This document shows, one piece after another, positions 36,997-48,164 of a DNA stretch of 64,000 nucleotides. The translations under genes were made by a program, and so were the position numbers. The DNA is from Paraphysomonas bandaiensis (Eukaryota > Protista > Chrysophyceae), in assembly GCA_965644295.1 (NCBI GenBank), contig CBFFRP010000432.1, positions 124,001-188,000 on the forward strand, in the 5' to 3' direction. Within the stretch, counting starts at the first letter, position 1. Each line of letters begins with the position of its first letter. The notes beneath the pieces were generated by a model that did not search any database, was not told where the DNA came from, and saw only the letters and a program-made list of their open reading frames with translations.

Positions 36997-37383
36997 ATGT
37001 CCATATACAGGAAGGAAGCAGCGCGGTCGCTGATCAGATATGTATCCAAGATCGAGATGTTTGGCAATATTCATGACCCCACTGCTGTCAGTGTGTTTGA
37101 GTTGGGACGACAAATGAGTAGTAAGCATTTGAAGAAAGCTAACCCTAAACTAGTGGTTGACTTTAATTACATGGAGAAACCCGACACAGGCTACGTCAAA
37201 GTCACTTATGCTAATGGAGAGGTGTTCGAAGTTGACACTGCGCCCTTTTCATGTGCAGAACTGCGATCTGAAATATTTGATGTGGCGAATAATGTAGAAT
37301 ATGAGTTTGAAGTTTCTGGCAATAATCCTATTGCTGGTGATGATGATGATGACATTATTAGGAGGGGAGGAAAGAAAAAATAA
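36997..37383 (+). CDS. Mitochondrial ribosomal protein mL53-like
   Basis: IRYVSKIEMFGN...SVFELGRQMSSKHLKKANPKLVV...VKVTYANGEVFEVDT fits the L53 pattern. Single exon, preceded by an RY-rich island. Confidence 0.7.
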   Translation: MSIYRKEAARSLIRYVSKIEMFGNIHDPTAVSVFELGRQMSSKHLKKANPKLVVDFNYMEKPDTGYVKVTYANGEVFEVDTAPFSCAELRSEIFDVANNVEYEFEVSGNNPIAGDDDDDIIRRGGKKK

Positions 37384-37883
37384 ATAAAGTAATTCTTAGC
37401 GTAAATTTAAAGTCGCGATATGCTGAAATAGCAAGGCAATGTAATATATAGCACTATGATTATAGGTGGGGTTCCAGTGCTAAACTTATGATGCTATAAT
37501 ATTAAGCTTTGGCTGCTTGAATTTTGAAAATGTGTGCATGCGTAATACTCGTTGGGTTTTTACATCGAATGTAGCAATTACGACGCCGAGGACAATAATG
37601 CTTTCTTGTACTAATGATCATAAAGTGGCATTTAATTACACATTTCATTAAATAAATCTCACCAAGCCGGTTGTAGTGGTGTACTACATATATCGAATGC
37701 GAATAACTATAGAATCTATTTTTCCCTGCCACAGATAACTCACTACAATATATATAGTTCTCTGGCCCAGATCAGGATAGATTATAGATGACTCACGCTG
37801 TATCCACTATGTTCGTTTCTTGCTTCAAAGAGTGGAGCTATTATTAAAGTTTTGAAGAAAAAATATGAAATTGCCCTCTACGA

Positions 37884-38388
37884 AGTCGGACTCGCACCTT
37901 TTCGTGGTGTTCTGGGGGATAAGTACCGGAGATATTTCTCCGGGAAGCTAATGTGAGCCGCATATACAGTCAGCAGATATTCTTCTGCCCACTCATAGCC
38001 AAATGCTTGTGTGGTACAAGGGACACCAATAAATGTTACTTGTGTAGACCTCTTTGGGCCTTGACGAATAAACAGGCATCGTCAGCAGATATTCTTCTGC
38101 CCACTCATAGCCAAATGCTTGTGTGGTACAAGGGACACCAATAAGTGTTACTTGTGTAGACATCTTTGAGCCTTAACGAATAAACAGGCATCCGGGAAAT
38201 TGGCCCACCTCAAGGGCATCCGGGACAGGGCCCACCTGAAAGCTAACCGGGGTATTGGGCTGCCTGCTGAAGTCAAGCATCCGTGATGTTCACCTTTAGG
38301 ACTCAAATACCTGAAGTTAGCATAATATGTCAGGTATATCAACATTCTGCTTGCTCAAGGCGTTTGCTTTGAGCGATAGAGCGGAGGT
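37884..38388 (+). repeat. Dispersed repeat family copy (5' part) with an internal 112-bp tandem duplication
   Basis: gcaccttttcgtggtg..ttctgggggataagtaccggaga..tttctccggga shared with 24131. Duplication 37969-38080 / 38081-38192. The tail matches 677-735. Confidence 0.85.
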
Positions 38389-39517
38389 AGAATATGGAAG
38401 AAATTAGTAAAAAATATTATAAATAATACTTTTCATACTGTTATTATCTTCATAGTTACTTATTGTGCATAGTTATACCCTTTTCCAACCATCATCAAAA
38501 ATTTCACCAGGTTTTACATCAAAACCCAGGTTTTGGTATTACCTCGACTTTAAAACAAGTTAATAGCGCCATAATGTGGCTTGTCAGTGTCTTACACCAC
38601 AACGAAATTGAAAATACAGTAGCTGTTAAAATATAACTTTTGTAGGGAAAGTACTGGTGTGGGTGATTGATGTACTGCCACAATAGCATTACTACAGCAT
38701 TGCGACGTTGCTAGCTCTCCTAATATATAATCAAGCAAACACATGTCTTACAACTCCACCTTAAAACAACATAATATATATTAATAAAAATACTGTACAT
38801 ACGCCATTGATGCAAGAAGGAATACACAGGGAATATCATATTGAATTTCACCTGCGGAAGATATTCTGTTTGAGTGTGGCTTTGAGTGTGGCTTAGAATG
38901 TAAGCACATCAATATACATGCAATAATATAAACACAGCATTGTCTTTAAATTTTTACTTATAAATAATCTTTTAATTTGCCTCTACTTGTAATTCTTTGT
39001 AAAATGTGAATTAGGGTAACTTGTTCAGTTTTGCTGTTTGTGAACAATTAAAAGCTGTAGCTTCCAAGATATTTGAATTATATCCGTAACTTAAAGAATA
39101 CAGTAGTAGCTAACTGTATTATGAGAACCAATAATAATATGATAGTCATTGTAGTGACTGTACAAGATAGTGACGATGTAAGATCGTACTAGAAATGGTT
39201 GGTGTAGTAGAGATAAAAAGAGTTGGTGAACGTCAATGAATGAAGTATGGTATCTCTTATAATTATATAATATTCTATATAAGTGTTTATCAAGGTCTTA
39301 CTACTAATAGAATGTCAATTTCTAACATAATTGGCCTGGCATTGATCTATACGCACTATCTTTGTGTACTAAAAATATGTGTAGCTAATGATATGCGCAT
39401 TCACAAAAAAACAGTGTAAAAAAACACAAATAATCGACAGCGACTATAATTACATTGTACTAGCACGCTGTGTACTGTGTACTATCGTGTACTGTACTAA
39501 GTCTTGAGTACACTTTC

Positions 39518-39660
39518 ATATTGAAGGTCTTATTATTAGCAATAGGCGTTAAAAGTCAGCACCAGTGTAGTAGCTAGAAGAAAAATAGTCAAGCTAGACA
39601 GACGTTTACCTGTTACTAATTAGTACACACTCTATTGTTCTACGATTTAACGCTACGAGC
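39518..39660 (-). repeat. Dispersed repeat family 3' tail, reverse orientation
   Basis: The reverse complement reads gtagcgttaa...ttttaacgcctattgctaataataagaccttcaatatg, homologous to 2411-2539. Confidence 0.75.
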
Positions 39661-41102
39661 AGGGTAAGTAATACTGTTCATAAAGATGGTGACGGGGTCG
39701 TATGTCGTATATATGCGGTATTGTTCTGATTATTGTTGTGCGTTGTTACTATACACTGTACTAACTGCTTATGATCCTTCACCTGCTTATGATCCTCCAC
39801 CTACTAGCAATGTGCCCCCAGCGGCTGTTGCCGCGTCGTTTCCGAGCATAGGTACTAATACTACTGTAAGTAGTAGTGGTAAAGATAGCTATATGCGTAT
39901 GCAATGTATCCGAAATCAGGCTATTCGGTTGGAGCGTTTGCAGTCTCAAGCGAAGCAGATGTAGCTATATGAGAATATGATAGTACAAAACACAAGTAGC
40001 AGGGCCAATTGGTAACGCAATAAATACTGCTAATAACAACTATACTTGCGACTTTTTCTTTATCTTTAACCTCGCAGATACAAATTACAGTAAAATAATA
40101 ACTCAATACTTATATATGAAACCTGGTGAAATTGCTTTACCAGGTTTTGGTATTACCTCGACTTTTATAAGATATTATTGACCTGCACTACAATCTGTCA
40201 AGTATCACAGACTACGCTCTGGACACTACATTGCACTAATATAGTGTGCATATTGAGCTGTATAGTAGTGTACTCTTCCATACTGCTGTAGTACTGTAGC
40301 TAGCTGTCTGCACAGTCTACACACCTCCAGTGTAGTGCTTTCACTCTAATGACAGCCAACCCTCTGTACGGGGATGATAACAACGCTTTGTATATTTCAA
40401 CGCTTTGATAACAACAACTCCTGTTGTTGTAGTTTTGTAGATTCTATATTTCATTGCTAAACAGAATACAGGATAGCTAATAGCGATACACGTTAACAAG
40501 CTAGAAGTATGTAAAGGATTAGGTTTTAGTCAATAGTATTACTGTTGGTTGTTGGTATTGAGAATAGTGCAGCAAATGGTATTCTACCAAGGCCAAAACA
40601 AGTTATTGTAAATTTTAACATCGAATTTGTGACATATATCATATTTTTTAACACAAACTAACACTAAATGATCAAAGTTTAGCATATATAAGTAGTTTTA
40701 TCGTTCCGCATCTGGTAGTGTACTGTACGAACTATTTCATGAGTGTTAAACAATGAATGTACTAACAAGGGAAGTAAAATACCCTGAAGACTCAAGACAC
40801 ATTGGAATATCACTATTTATAGATTGTTTCTCAGAACAGAAAAGCTAGAGGTTGTTAGAATATAGAATATGCACCCAAGAGTGAGAATGCTCAAGGATAT
40901 ATCACTGACGTCGGATGCATTCTTATTCCATGGAGAGATACTATCTTTGGTTGGGCTACCTAATATCGATGTGACTAATATTGCCAGTCAACAATGCACT
41001 TATATTATTAATATCGATATACCTACGAGTTAAAGAGTATGCTCGAAAAATTGCCATAATTTATACAAATGCAAAACAAGTCACATAAAAGTCACGTAAT
41101 GG

Positions 41103-44100
41103 CTAAAACACAAACGACTTCGGTGCATGTGCCCCTCCTGCAGCTAGTAACTTTCGAGTCACACTTTCTTCTGTAAGTTCCGCGAGCGAGTCTTCTACAG
41201 AAAACTCCACGTGAACCCCCGATAGAAACGACTGAATATGACGCTTCATATGTGACATATGGGCACGCAGTTTCATCGGGAGGTTTGGATTGATAAAATA
41301 TACTGCAACAAACTTTGATCTGCGGAACGCCTCGTCCACTCCAATAACACGAAAGTAAACAACCGAAGGTAAGTCGGTCGACGTACATTGACGTGAATGA
41401 TACGATTGGTCTAAAGCAGTTGAAGTGGCAGCACATGCGCTACCTATCTGCCCAACCCACTCTGTCATCTCGCTAAGACCATGACCCCCTTTCCCTACTA
41501 GTTCCAACCTGTTGGAGGTACAATCTAACCGCATCCCCACCCAATTTGTATCCGACTCCGGATTTTGCATATCCATGGAGGCTTGTACGCAACTCCGACT
41601 AACAGTTAGTGTCCCTATCGTCATATCTTCACAAGGTCGACTATTACTATTAATTTTTGAGTGATTGAGAGGTCGCTTAACGCCATTGAGGCTAGCATGT
41701 GCTACATTTTGTTCACCGTTAATATGAATTGTATTTTTCAAGGCTTGTTCTGAACTGATATTCAGAAGAGAGCGTGACTGCGAAGTTCCACTAGCCCTCA
41801 TACGTGCCCGGACACGGGCAATTTCACTCTCAAGTACTTCGGTCGCCGACTCCTCTCTAGAGTTGTTTCCATGTCCATAACCTGTTGATTTCCGCAGAGA
41901 ACTCTGCACGGAAGTCTTCGGTGAATTTGTGCCGACGGAAGTTTCCTGACGCAAACGGGATGCCTTAATCACAGTTCTCGACTCAGCAGCCCTCACTAGA
42001 GCATCATGCTTCAAAGCGATTTCTCTTTCACGCGCTAGTAAAGCTGCTGTGGTACGACGTGCCTCCTCCACATTTCTGCACAAATCAAGAAGAACAGAAA
42101 AAAGTGATGCCGACGCCGAGGTCTCGTTAGAATCTGATGATACCATTCCAAGGAATCGATTGAGTAGGTTATACACATGTCGTACTCGTGTAACTTCGCC
42201 AGATAGCATTTGTTCCAGTAGAGCCTCTGCAGATGTCATGAATGAGCCCATCTTCTCTTCAAAAAAATCATCTGGTAGCTTTCCATCTTTGCGCCTCTTG
42301 TTAATGTTCAACAGCGACGTCCTGGTCATTTTAATAGAGTTCAACCGCTTCTTTAAAAGAGTGATGGCACCATCGACGCGGTGAAAATTCACTTTGGCTG
42401 CCTTTGCACATGGGGCAAGAGACCTTAAGAGTGAGTCGATGACAGAAGTGTCTTCAGAATCCAAATGATTCACGACGAAGCGCATCAGGTTAGTCTTGAG
42501 GTCACCGGACTTGATGTAAGACAATTTCGGGAGAAAGCTAATGTCAAATCCTATAGCAGAGCCTCTAGAAGACCCACAGTTCATGACATTCCCAAATTTC
42601 AGCACAACTCTTATAAATACTGCTAGCGCACTGGAATTAGCAACTGACAGGATAGCATGAGTAAGATCACCCAATTGCGACAGTACATCCTCTACGCCAG
42701 CCTCAAACTCAAGCCGAGCTTTCATCGCCTCTATACGTTTTGTAAACAACGGTACCGATTGTATGTCGTAAAAGAAACGTTCACATACAGCAAGCAAATC
42801 AGGATCCCCATCATAAGGCGCAATGCTCTCCATATCATCGCCGGTGGGAGCGCATTCAAGTAACGATTGCACACGCTCCGGCGTCAAGAACTCCTCATCT
42901 AAGCGCAAAACGGCAGTTTTTATGAACTCATTTGACTTATTCATCTGGCGTAGCTTTATAGCTACGTTATTGAAACGCCTCTGATCCATAAAAGTCAATG
43001 ATCCTTTCTTCAATTTTCCACCAATAGCCCCCACAGCCTGACCGATCCGCTCCTCTTCCGTCAGCTCACGTATAGTGATCGTCTTCGTGAATACTTCGCG
43101 GAGAGAATCTAATACGCCTTCAGATAGATAATTTGATCCCATTTTATCAATATCACCTGCAGCAGGCACTGCTGGGTCAAAAATGGTACCTTCACAATCA
43201 GCAACAGGCTCCCAGTAGCACTGACGCATTTGATATACAACTTTCACAGAAGAATTGGAGGATACAGTCATATCAGTAACACCACGATCTGAAGTAACGT
43301 CGGTACAACTCTCGTCGCCGCAATTCTCATTACTACTTTCCGTCTTTTGTGCTCTACTCTGTATAAGACTTGCCACTGGATTCACTTTCTTGCCACTATC
43401 TTCACTACTACTTTCCGTCTTTTGTGCTTTACTTTGTATAAGACTAGCCACTGGATTCACTTTCTTGTCGCTCGCGTCACTATCCTCACCACTAGCTGCC
43501 GTCTTTTGTGCTCTACTTTGTATAAGACTAGCCACTGGATTCACTTTCTTGTCGCTCGCGTCACTACCCTCTTGCTGCTGTGCTCTACTTTGTATAAGAC
43601 TTGCCACTGGATTCACTTTCTTGTCGCTCGCGTCACTATCCTCACCACTAGCTGCCGTCTTTTGTGCTCTACTTTGTATAAGACTTGCCACTGGATTCAC
43701 TTTCTTGTCGCTCGCGTCACTACCCTCTTGCTGCTGTGCTCTACTCTGTATAAGACTAGCCACTGGATTCACTTTCTTGCCACTATCCTCACCACTAGCT
43801 GCCGTCGTCTGTGCTCTACTCTGTATAAGACTTGCCACTGGATTCACTTTCTTGTCGCTCGCGTCACTACCCTCTTGCTGCTGTGCTCTACTTTGTATAA
43901 GACTTGCCACTGGATTCACTTTCTTGTCGCTCGCGTCACTACCCTCTTGCTGCTGTGCTCTACTCTGTATAAGTCTTGCCACTGGATTCACTTTCTTGCC
44001 ACTATCCTCACCACTAGCTGCCGTCGTCTGTGCTCTACTCTGTATAAGACTAGCCACTGGATTCACTTTCTTGTCGCTCGCGTCACTACCCTCTTGCTGC

Positions 44101-45725
44101 TGTGCTCTACTCTGTATAAGACTTGCGACTGGATTCACTTTCTTGCCACTATCCTCACCACTAGCTGCCGTCGTCTGTGCTCTACTCTGTATAAGACTTG
44201 CCACTGGATTCACTTTCTTGTCGCTCGTGTCACTACCCTCTTGCTGCTGTGCTCTACTTTGTATAAGACTTGCCACTGGATTCACTTTCTTGTCACTCGC
44301 GTCACTGCCCTCTTGCTGCTGTGCTCTACTTTGTATAAGACTAGCCACTGGATTCACTTTCTTGCCACTATCCTCACCACTATTTTCCGTCTTCTGTGCT
44401 CTACTCTGTATAAGACTAGCCTCTGGATTCACTTTCTTGCCACTATCCTCACCACTAGCTGCCGTCTTTTGTGCTCTGCTTTGTATAAGACTTGCCACTG
44501 GATTCACTTTCTTGCCACTATCCTCACCACTACTTTCCGTCTTTTGTGCTCTACTCTGTATAAGACTAGCCTCTGGATTGACTGTCTTGTTGTTATCACA
44601 CACTTGGCTACTAGAGATACTTATTTCTTTGGTTTCTTTTGGTTTTGTCATGGCGTGGCGTGTCTCAGTAGTGGTAGCTGCGGGAGATGACGGCGAGGAT
44701 GAGATTTTTTTTTGCGATTGATCATTGTCAGAACTGAAATTAGAAGTTGTACACACATTCTTCAGTAAATGAGATGCAAGCTCACACATACAGGCCACAA
44801 GTAACAGTTTAGAGAGTGTCTTGGTGCCTGGTTTGTCTATTGTGTCCAACGATATGTTGTTCCATATTATAGGGAGAGATTCCATACCTCCTACCTGGAT
44901 AACAAGAGGAGCATGCATTGATTTAGATAACACAGTTCTTAATTTAATAAGATCCTCTAGAGGGGGACATAGATGGCAATTTAAGACTTCTGTCACCCAA
45001 GATGGAAGGGAGCAGTCGATGCTACCACTGCAAGAAGGTACTGACAAGGGCATGGATGAATCCTGAGGGGACAATGAATGGATGAATGAAGCTAATTCAT
45101 ACCATATACTCTTCCCATCAAAGTCAAATTCAGAGCTATCGCCTAACCACTCACTAGGCGGGTGAGGTTGACCTCCTATTGTAGATCTAGAGAGCAGCAT
45201 TAATTCTGTTTCAGAAGTCTTGACGTCGGTTGTCTCCACAAGAGAATGGATATCTTCACGACACGTAAAATCAATACTTACAGAAGACGGTTCAATACCA
45301 ACGGAGCTTAGGCAAGATAACACATATTGTACATTCAACTCCTCAGGTTGCGAAAGGGACATGGTGTAAATACTGCCTTGAAAATAATTGCTGAGGGCAG
45401 ACTTGTGCATCGATACTCTCGCACGTTTCATGCCCGCAACATCATCCCCGACATATGAAAAAAATACATGCCGTCGAATAGAATCATGATACACAACAAA
45501 AGCTCCATAGTAGACACTATCTGGATTCAAGTATTGGATCATATCCACAACTAAATTCCCACTTTGAAAGAAAACAACTTCCTTCGAGCTGCTGTAGTGT
45601 GCCAGCAACCACTGAATCTCTCCTGATTTCATGCTCTCCCAGTTTGATAACAATAGCGGACAAGATAAATCCACATCAGATGTTCTCTTTATCTGATATA
45701 ACTGAGCTGCTCCTCCCACTAACAT
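41103..45725 (-). CDS. Atypical formin: ADF-H - 17 repeats - FH2 - ADF-H (coactosin-like)
   Basis: FH2: RQCYWEPV, MDQRRFNNVAIKL, VLKFGNVMNCGSSRGSAIGFDISFLPKLSYIKS...NLMRFV. N-terminal ADF-H: VFFSYVGDDVAGMKRARVSMHK. C-terminal ADF-H: RRSKFVAVYF...LRAHMSHMK...KLLAAGGAH. Confidence 0.88.
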   Translation of the reverse strand: MLVGGAAQLYQIKRTSDVDLSCPLLLSNWESMKSGEIQWLLAHYSSSKEVVFFQSGNLVVDMIQYLNPDSVYYGAFVVYHDSIRRHVFFSYVGDDVAGMKRARVSMHKSALSNYFQGSIYTMSLSQPEELNVQYVLSCLSSVGIEPSSVSIDFTCREDIHSLVETTDVKTSETELMLLSRSTIGGQPHPPSEWLGDSSEFDFDGKSIWYELASFIHSLSPQDSSMPLSVPSCSGSIDCSLPSWVTEVLNCHLCPPLEDLIKLRTVLSKSMHAPLVIQVGGMESLPIIWNNISLDTIDKPGTKTLSKLLLVACMCELASHLLKNVCTTSNFSSDNDQSQKKISSSPSSPAATTTETRHAMTKPKETKEISISSSQVCDNNKTVNPEASLIQSRAQKTESSGEDSGKKVNPVASLIQSRAQKTAASGEDSGKKVNPEASLIQSRAQKTENSGEDSGKKVNPVASLIQSRAQQQEGSDASDKKVNPVASLIQSRAQQQEGSDTSDKKVNPVASLIQSRAQTTAASGEDSGKKVNPVASLIQSRAQQQEGSDASDKKVNPVASLIQSRAQTTAASGEDSGKKVNPVARLIQSRAQQQEGSDASDKKVNPVASLIQSRAQQQEGSDASDKKVNPVASLIQSRAQTTAASGEDSGKKVNPVASLIQSRAQQQEGSDASDKKVNPVASLIQSRAQKTAASGEDSDASDKKVNPVASLIQSRAQQQEGSDASDKKVNPVASLIQSRAQKTAASGEDSDASDKKVNPVASLIQSKAQKTESSSEDSGKKVNPVASLIQSRAQKTESSNENCGDESCTDVTSDRGVTDMTVSSNSSVKVVYQMRQCYWEPVADCEGTIFDPAVPAAGDIDKMGSNYLSEGVLDSLREVFTKTITIRELTEEERIGQAVGAIGGKLKKGSLTFMDQRRFNNVAIKLRQMNKSNEFIKTAVLRLDEEFLTPERVQSLLECAPTGDDMESIAPYDGDPDLLAVCERFFYDIQSVPLFTKRIEAMKARLEFEAGVEDVLSQLGDLTHAILSVANSSALAVFIRVVLKFGNVMNCGSSRGSAIGFDISFLPKLSYIKSGDLKTNLMRFVVNHLDSEDTSVIDSLLRSLAPCAKAAKVNFHRVDGAITLLKKRLNSIKMTRTSLLNINKRRKDGKLPDDFFEEKMGSFMTSAEALLEQMLSGEVTRVRHVYNLLNRFLGMVSSDSNETSASASLFSVLLDLCRNVEEARRTTAALLAREREIALKHDALVRAAESRTVIKASRLRQETSVGTNSPKTSVQSSLRKSTGYGHGNNSREESATEVLESEIARVRARMRASGTSQSRSLLNISSEQALKNTIHINGEQNVAHASLNGVKRPLNHSKINSNSRPCEDMTIGTLTVSRSCVQASMDMQNPESDTNWVGMRLDCTSNRLELVGKGGHGLSEMTEWVGQIGSACAATSTALDQSYHSRQCTSTDLPSVVYFRVIGVDEAFRRSKFVAVYFINPNLPMKLRAHMSHMKRHIQSFLSGVHVEFSVEDSLAELTEESVTRKLLAAGGAHAPKSFVF
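43330..44583 (-). repeat. Coding minisatellite, 17 units of 72-84 bp (KVNPVASLIQSRAQ + linker)
   Basis: 17 VNP(V/E)A(S/R)LIQS(R/K)AQ units counted in the translation. Confidence 0.95.
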
Positions 45726-46370
45726 GACTTGGAATTGATGTGAATTAGGAATCAATAACTCACAGAGATAATGAATGCACAAATAAATGCAATGAAATCA
45801 ATTGATCACACGTGCAAATGGTGAGTAGATCAAGGATATCAGGTATTCTATCAATTAGAAGTTTAGTGACTTGTGTGTTCTGACTGCCAGAGCAGCTAAT
45901 GCACTGTACAGTCCCATATATAGAGAGTCACACTGCTGCTGCATATATACCTACATACCTACCTACCTACATACATACATACATACACATACTCATACAG
46001 AGTTCGCAGTAGGAGGATCCTGATATACAGGATTGAGACTACACAGTACTACGAGATATATACAGTGGTCTCATATTTGTACTGCTCTACGTATATCAGG
46101 TCAAACAGTACAGTATACCTCTGTACAGTATATTCTTTCTTTGTACGTACGAACCGTAAGTCGCCAGAACTATTGGCTTTGGCTGGTACATGCAACAACA
46201 GCCAGTGGTATGGTGGATGGTGTGTATGGTACGCTGCAGTGTATACTCTGCTGTATGTGGACACCACTACCATATCTTTACCTTATAGTAACGTTACAGT
46301 GTTGCAGTCCATTGCATCATATCATCATAGTAGCAGTATATAGTAACTCTTTACAAACAAGAATTGCAAA

Positions 46371-47272
46371 ATGAACGAAGAACTTGGAGACTTTTTCTTT
46401 AAGCTATCCAGTTGGGGTGCCACAGACATAGAAAAGAATTTCATTGTTATGGAGAATGGTGCATATGTGTTTGTTGCAGAAAATCCTCACATTCCTATTA
46501 TAGCTGTTGTGTTGTATTTGTTGTTCTGCTATTTTGGTATTAAATATATGGACTCTCGAAAGCCTTTCGGACTGAGACTCACATTAGCTGCTTGGAATAT
46601 CTTTCTTTCAACTTTTAGTTTCTATGGAATGTTTCGTACTGTGCCATTTTTACTTGGTGAACTCCTGACACAGCCATACAGACAAACTGTCTGTCAGAAG
46701 GCAACAGAATCGTACGGAAATGGACCAGTAGGGTTTTGGGTGTGTTTGTTCATCTTGTCAAAGATCCCCGAGTTAATAGACACTGTTTTCATTGTGCTAA
46801 GAAAGCGCCCCCTTATCTTTCTCCACTGGTATCACCATGGTAAGGGATATATATCGTTGACTTTTAACCCTTTAATATACTCAATATTTCAGTAACTGTA
46901 CTGCTTTACTGCTGGCATGCGTATACCACCATGGCGGCATCTGGACTTTACTTCGTGGCGATGAACTACTCAGTGCATGCATTCATGTACGGGTACTTCG
47001 CCATGCAAGCCCTTAAGATGGTCCCGAAGGGCTTCCCAGCTTACCTAATTACTATCTGTCAAATCGCTCAGATGTTTGTGGGCACCGGCGTGTGTATCTC
47101 GGCCTGGTTCTATGTCCTCTATTCGGACGAATTGTGCCACAATGACTTCAACAACCTAATTGCCGGGGGACTTATGTATGGCTCTTATCTGTATTTATTT
47201 GTGGAGTTTGCTGTTCGTCGATTCATTTTGAAACCGGCACCCAAGGGCTCCATAGATAAGAAGAAAGCTTAA
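46371..47272 (+). CDS. Fatty acid elongase (ELO/GNS1-SUR4 family, ELOVL6-like), 2 exons
   Basis: SKIPELIDTVFIVLRKRPLIFLHWYHH, MNYSVHAFMYGYF, TICQIAQM, C-terminal KKKA ER-retrieval signal. Intron 46840-46892. Confidence 0.93.
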
Positions 47273-48164
47273 GTGTCATGGGCCGATACTTATTTCTGTG
47301 TGCCTCTTCTTGTTTTATCCATGCCCTTCTAGCGTATATGCTCGATATGATATTGTGAGATTGTATTAATAATATGTCGTTTGGGTGCATAGTGAAGCAT
47401 GTATCATCCAAATGCAGAGCTAAATATCGAGGCTTCTTGCTGCTTTTTAAATGTTGGTACCATGTAATGACCTTTAACTTGTGGCGTAATAAGAAGCAAG
47501 AAAATAGAATATTATCATTGTACGTATATATGAACGTTACGCAGAACTTCGGAATGCCTACGACTTTTGTCTACCCTTTTTTCTGAAGCACATCTTTAGT
47601 AGGTGTATTGAGATATATTATTCAACCTATTCAAATTGGTTAGATTTCCTAGTTCCTAGTCACACTACTATTTCCTAGTTCCTACTATTTTCGGTGTAAA
47701 AAACTAGTTAAAGCAATAAATAACTCAGCCTTGCCAAATATAGTATTGAACCTAGTCATGAATTGTACTCGCATATAGCTACGCATTACAGAAGCATGGG
47801 GTCATAGCAGGTGAAGTAGAACCGATATATGGTGACTTTGTAGTGATACATTAGATACTGTCTTCCTTAACCAAAAGAGTACACCAAATCCTTTAAAACG
47901 AACTATACTATGCGGTAGAATATATAATATATGATAAATGATAATATGTAGTATCTAGATGAATATACTGATATTAGTGGTAATATCACAACAATTCTCC
48001 TATAATTCAGCAAGTACTGTCGTTATGTACAATCTTCCAGGTTTAATTTCTTCTATGTTCAAATAAAATATACTTATTATCGCTCTATGCATAATATAAT
48101 AATAGAGCGCAAATAATAACCATATAACATACTGTCACTTGTAATTACAACCATGACCTCGGAC

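Noticed and set aside
43255-44721. Two long + strand ORFs (488 and 447 aa)
   Set aside because: Antisense shadows of the stop-free formin minisatellite; they end where the repeat ends.
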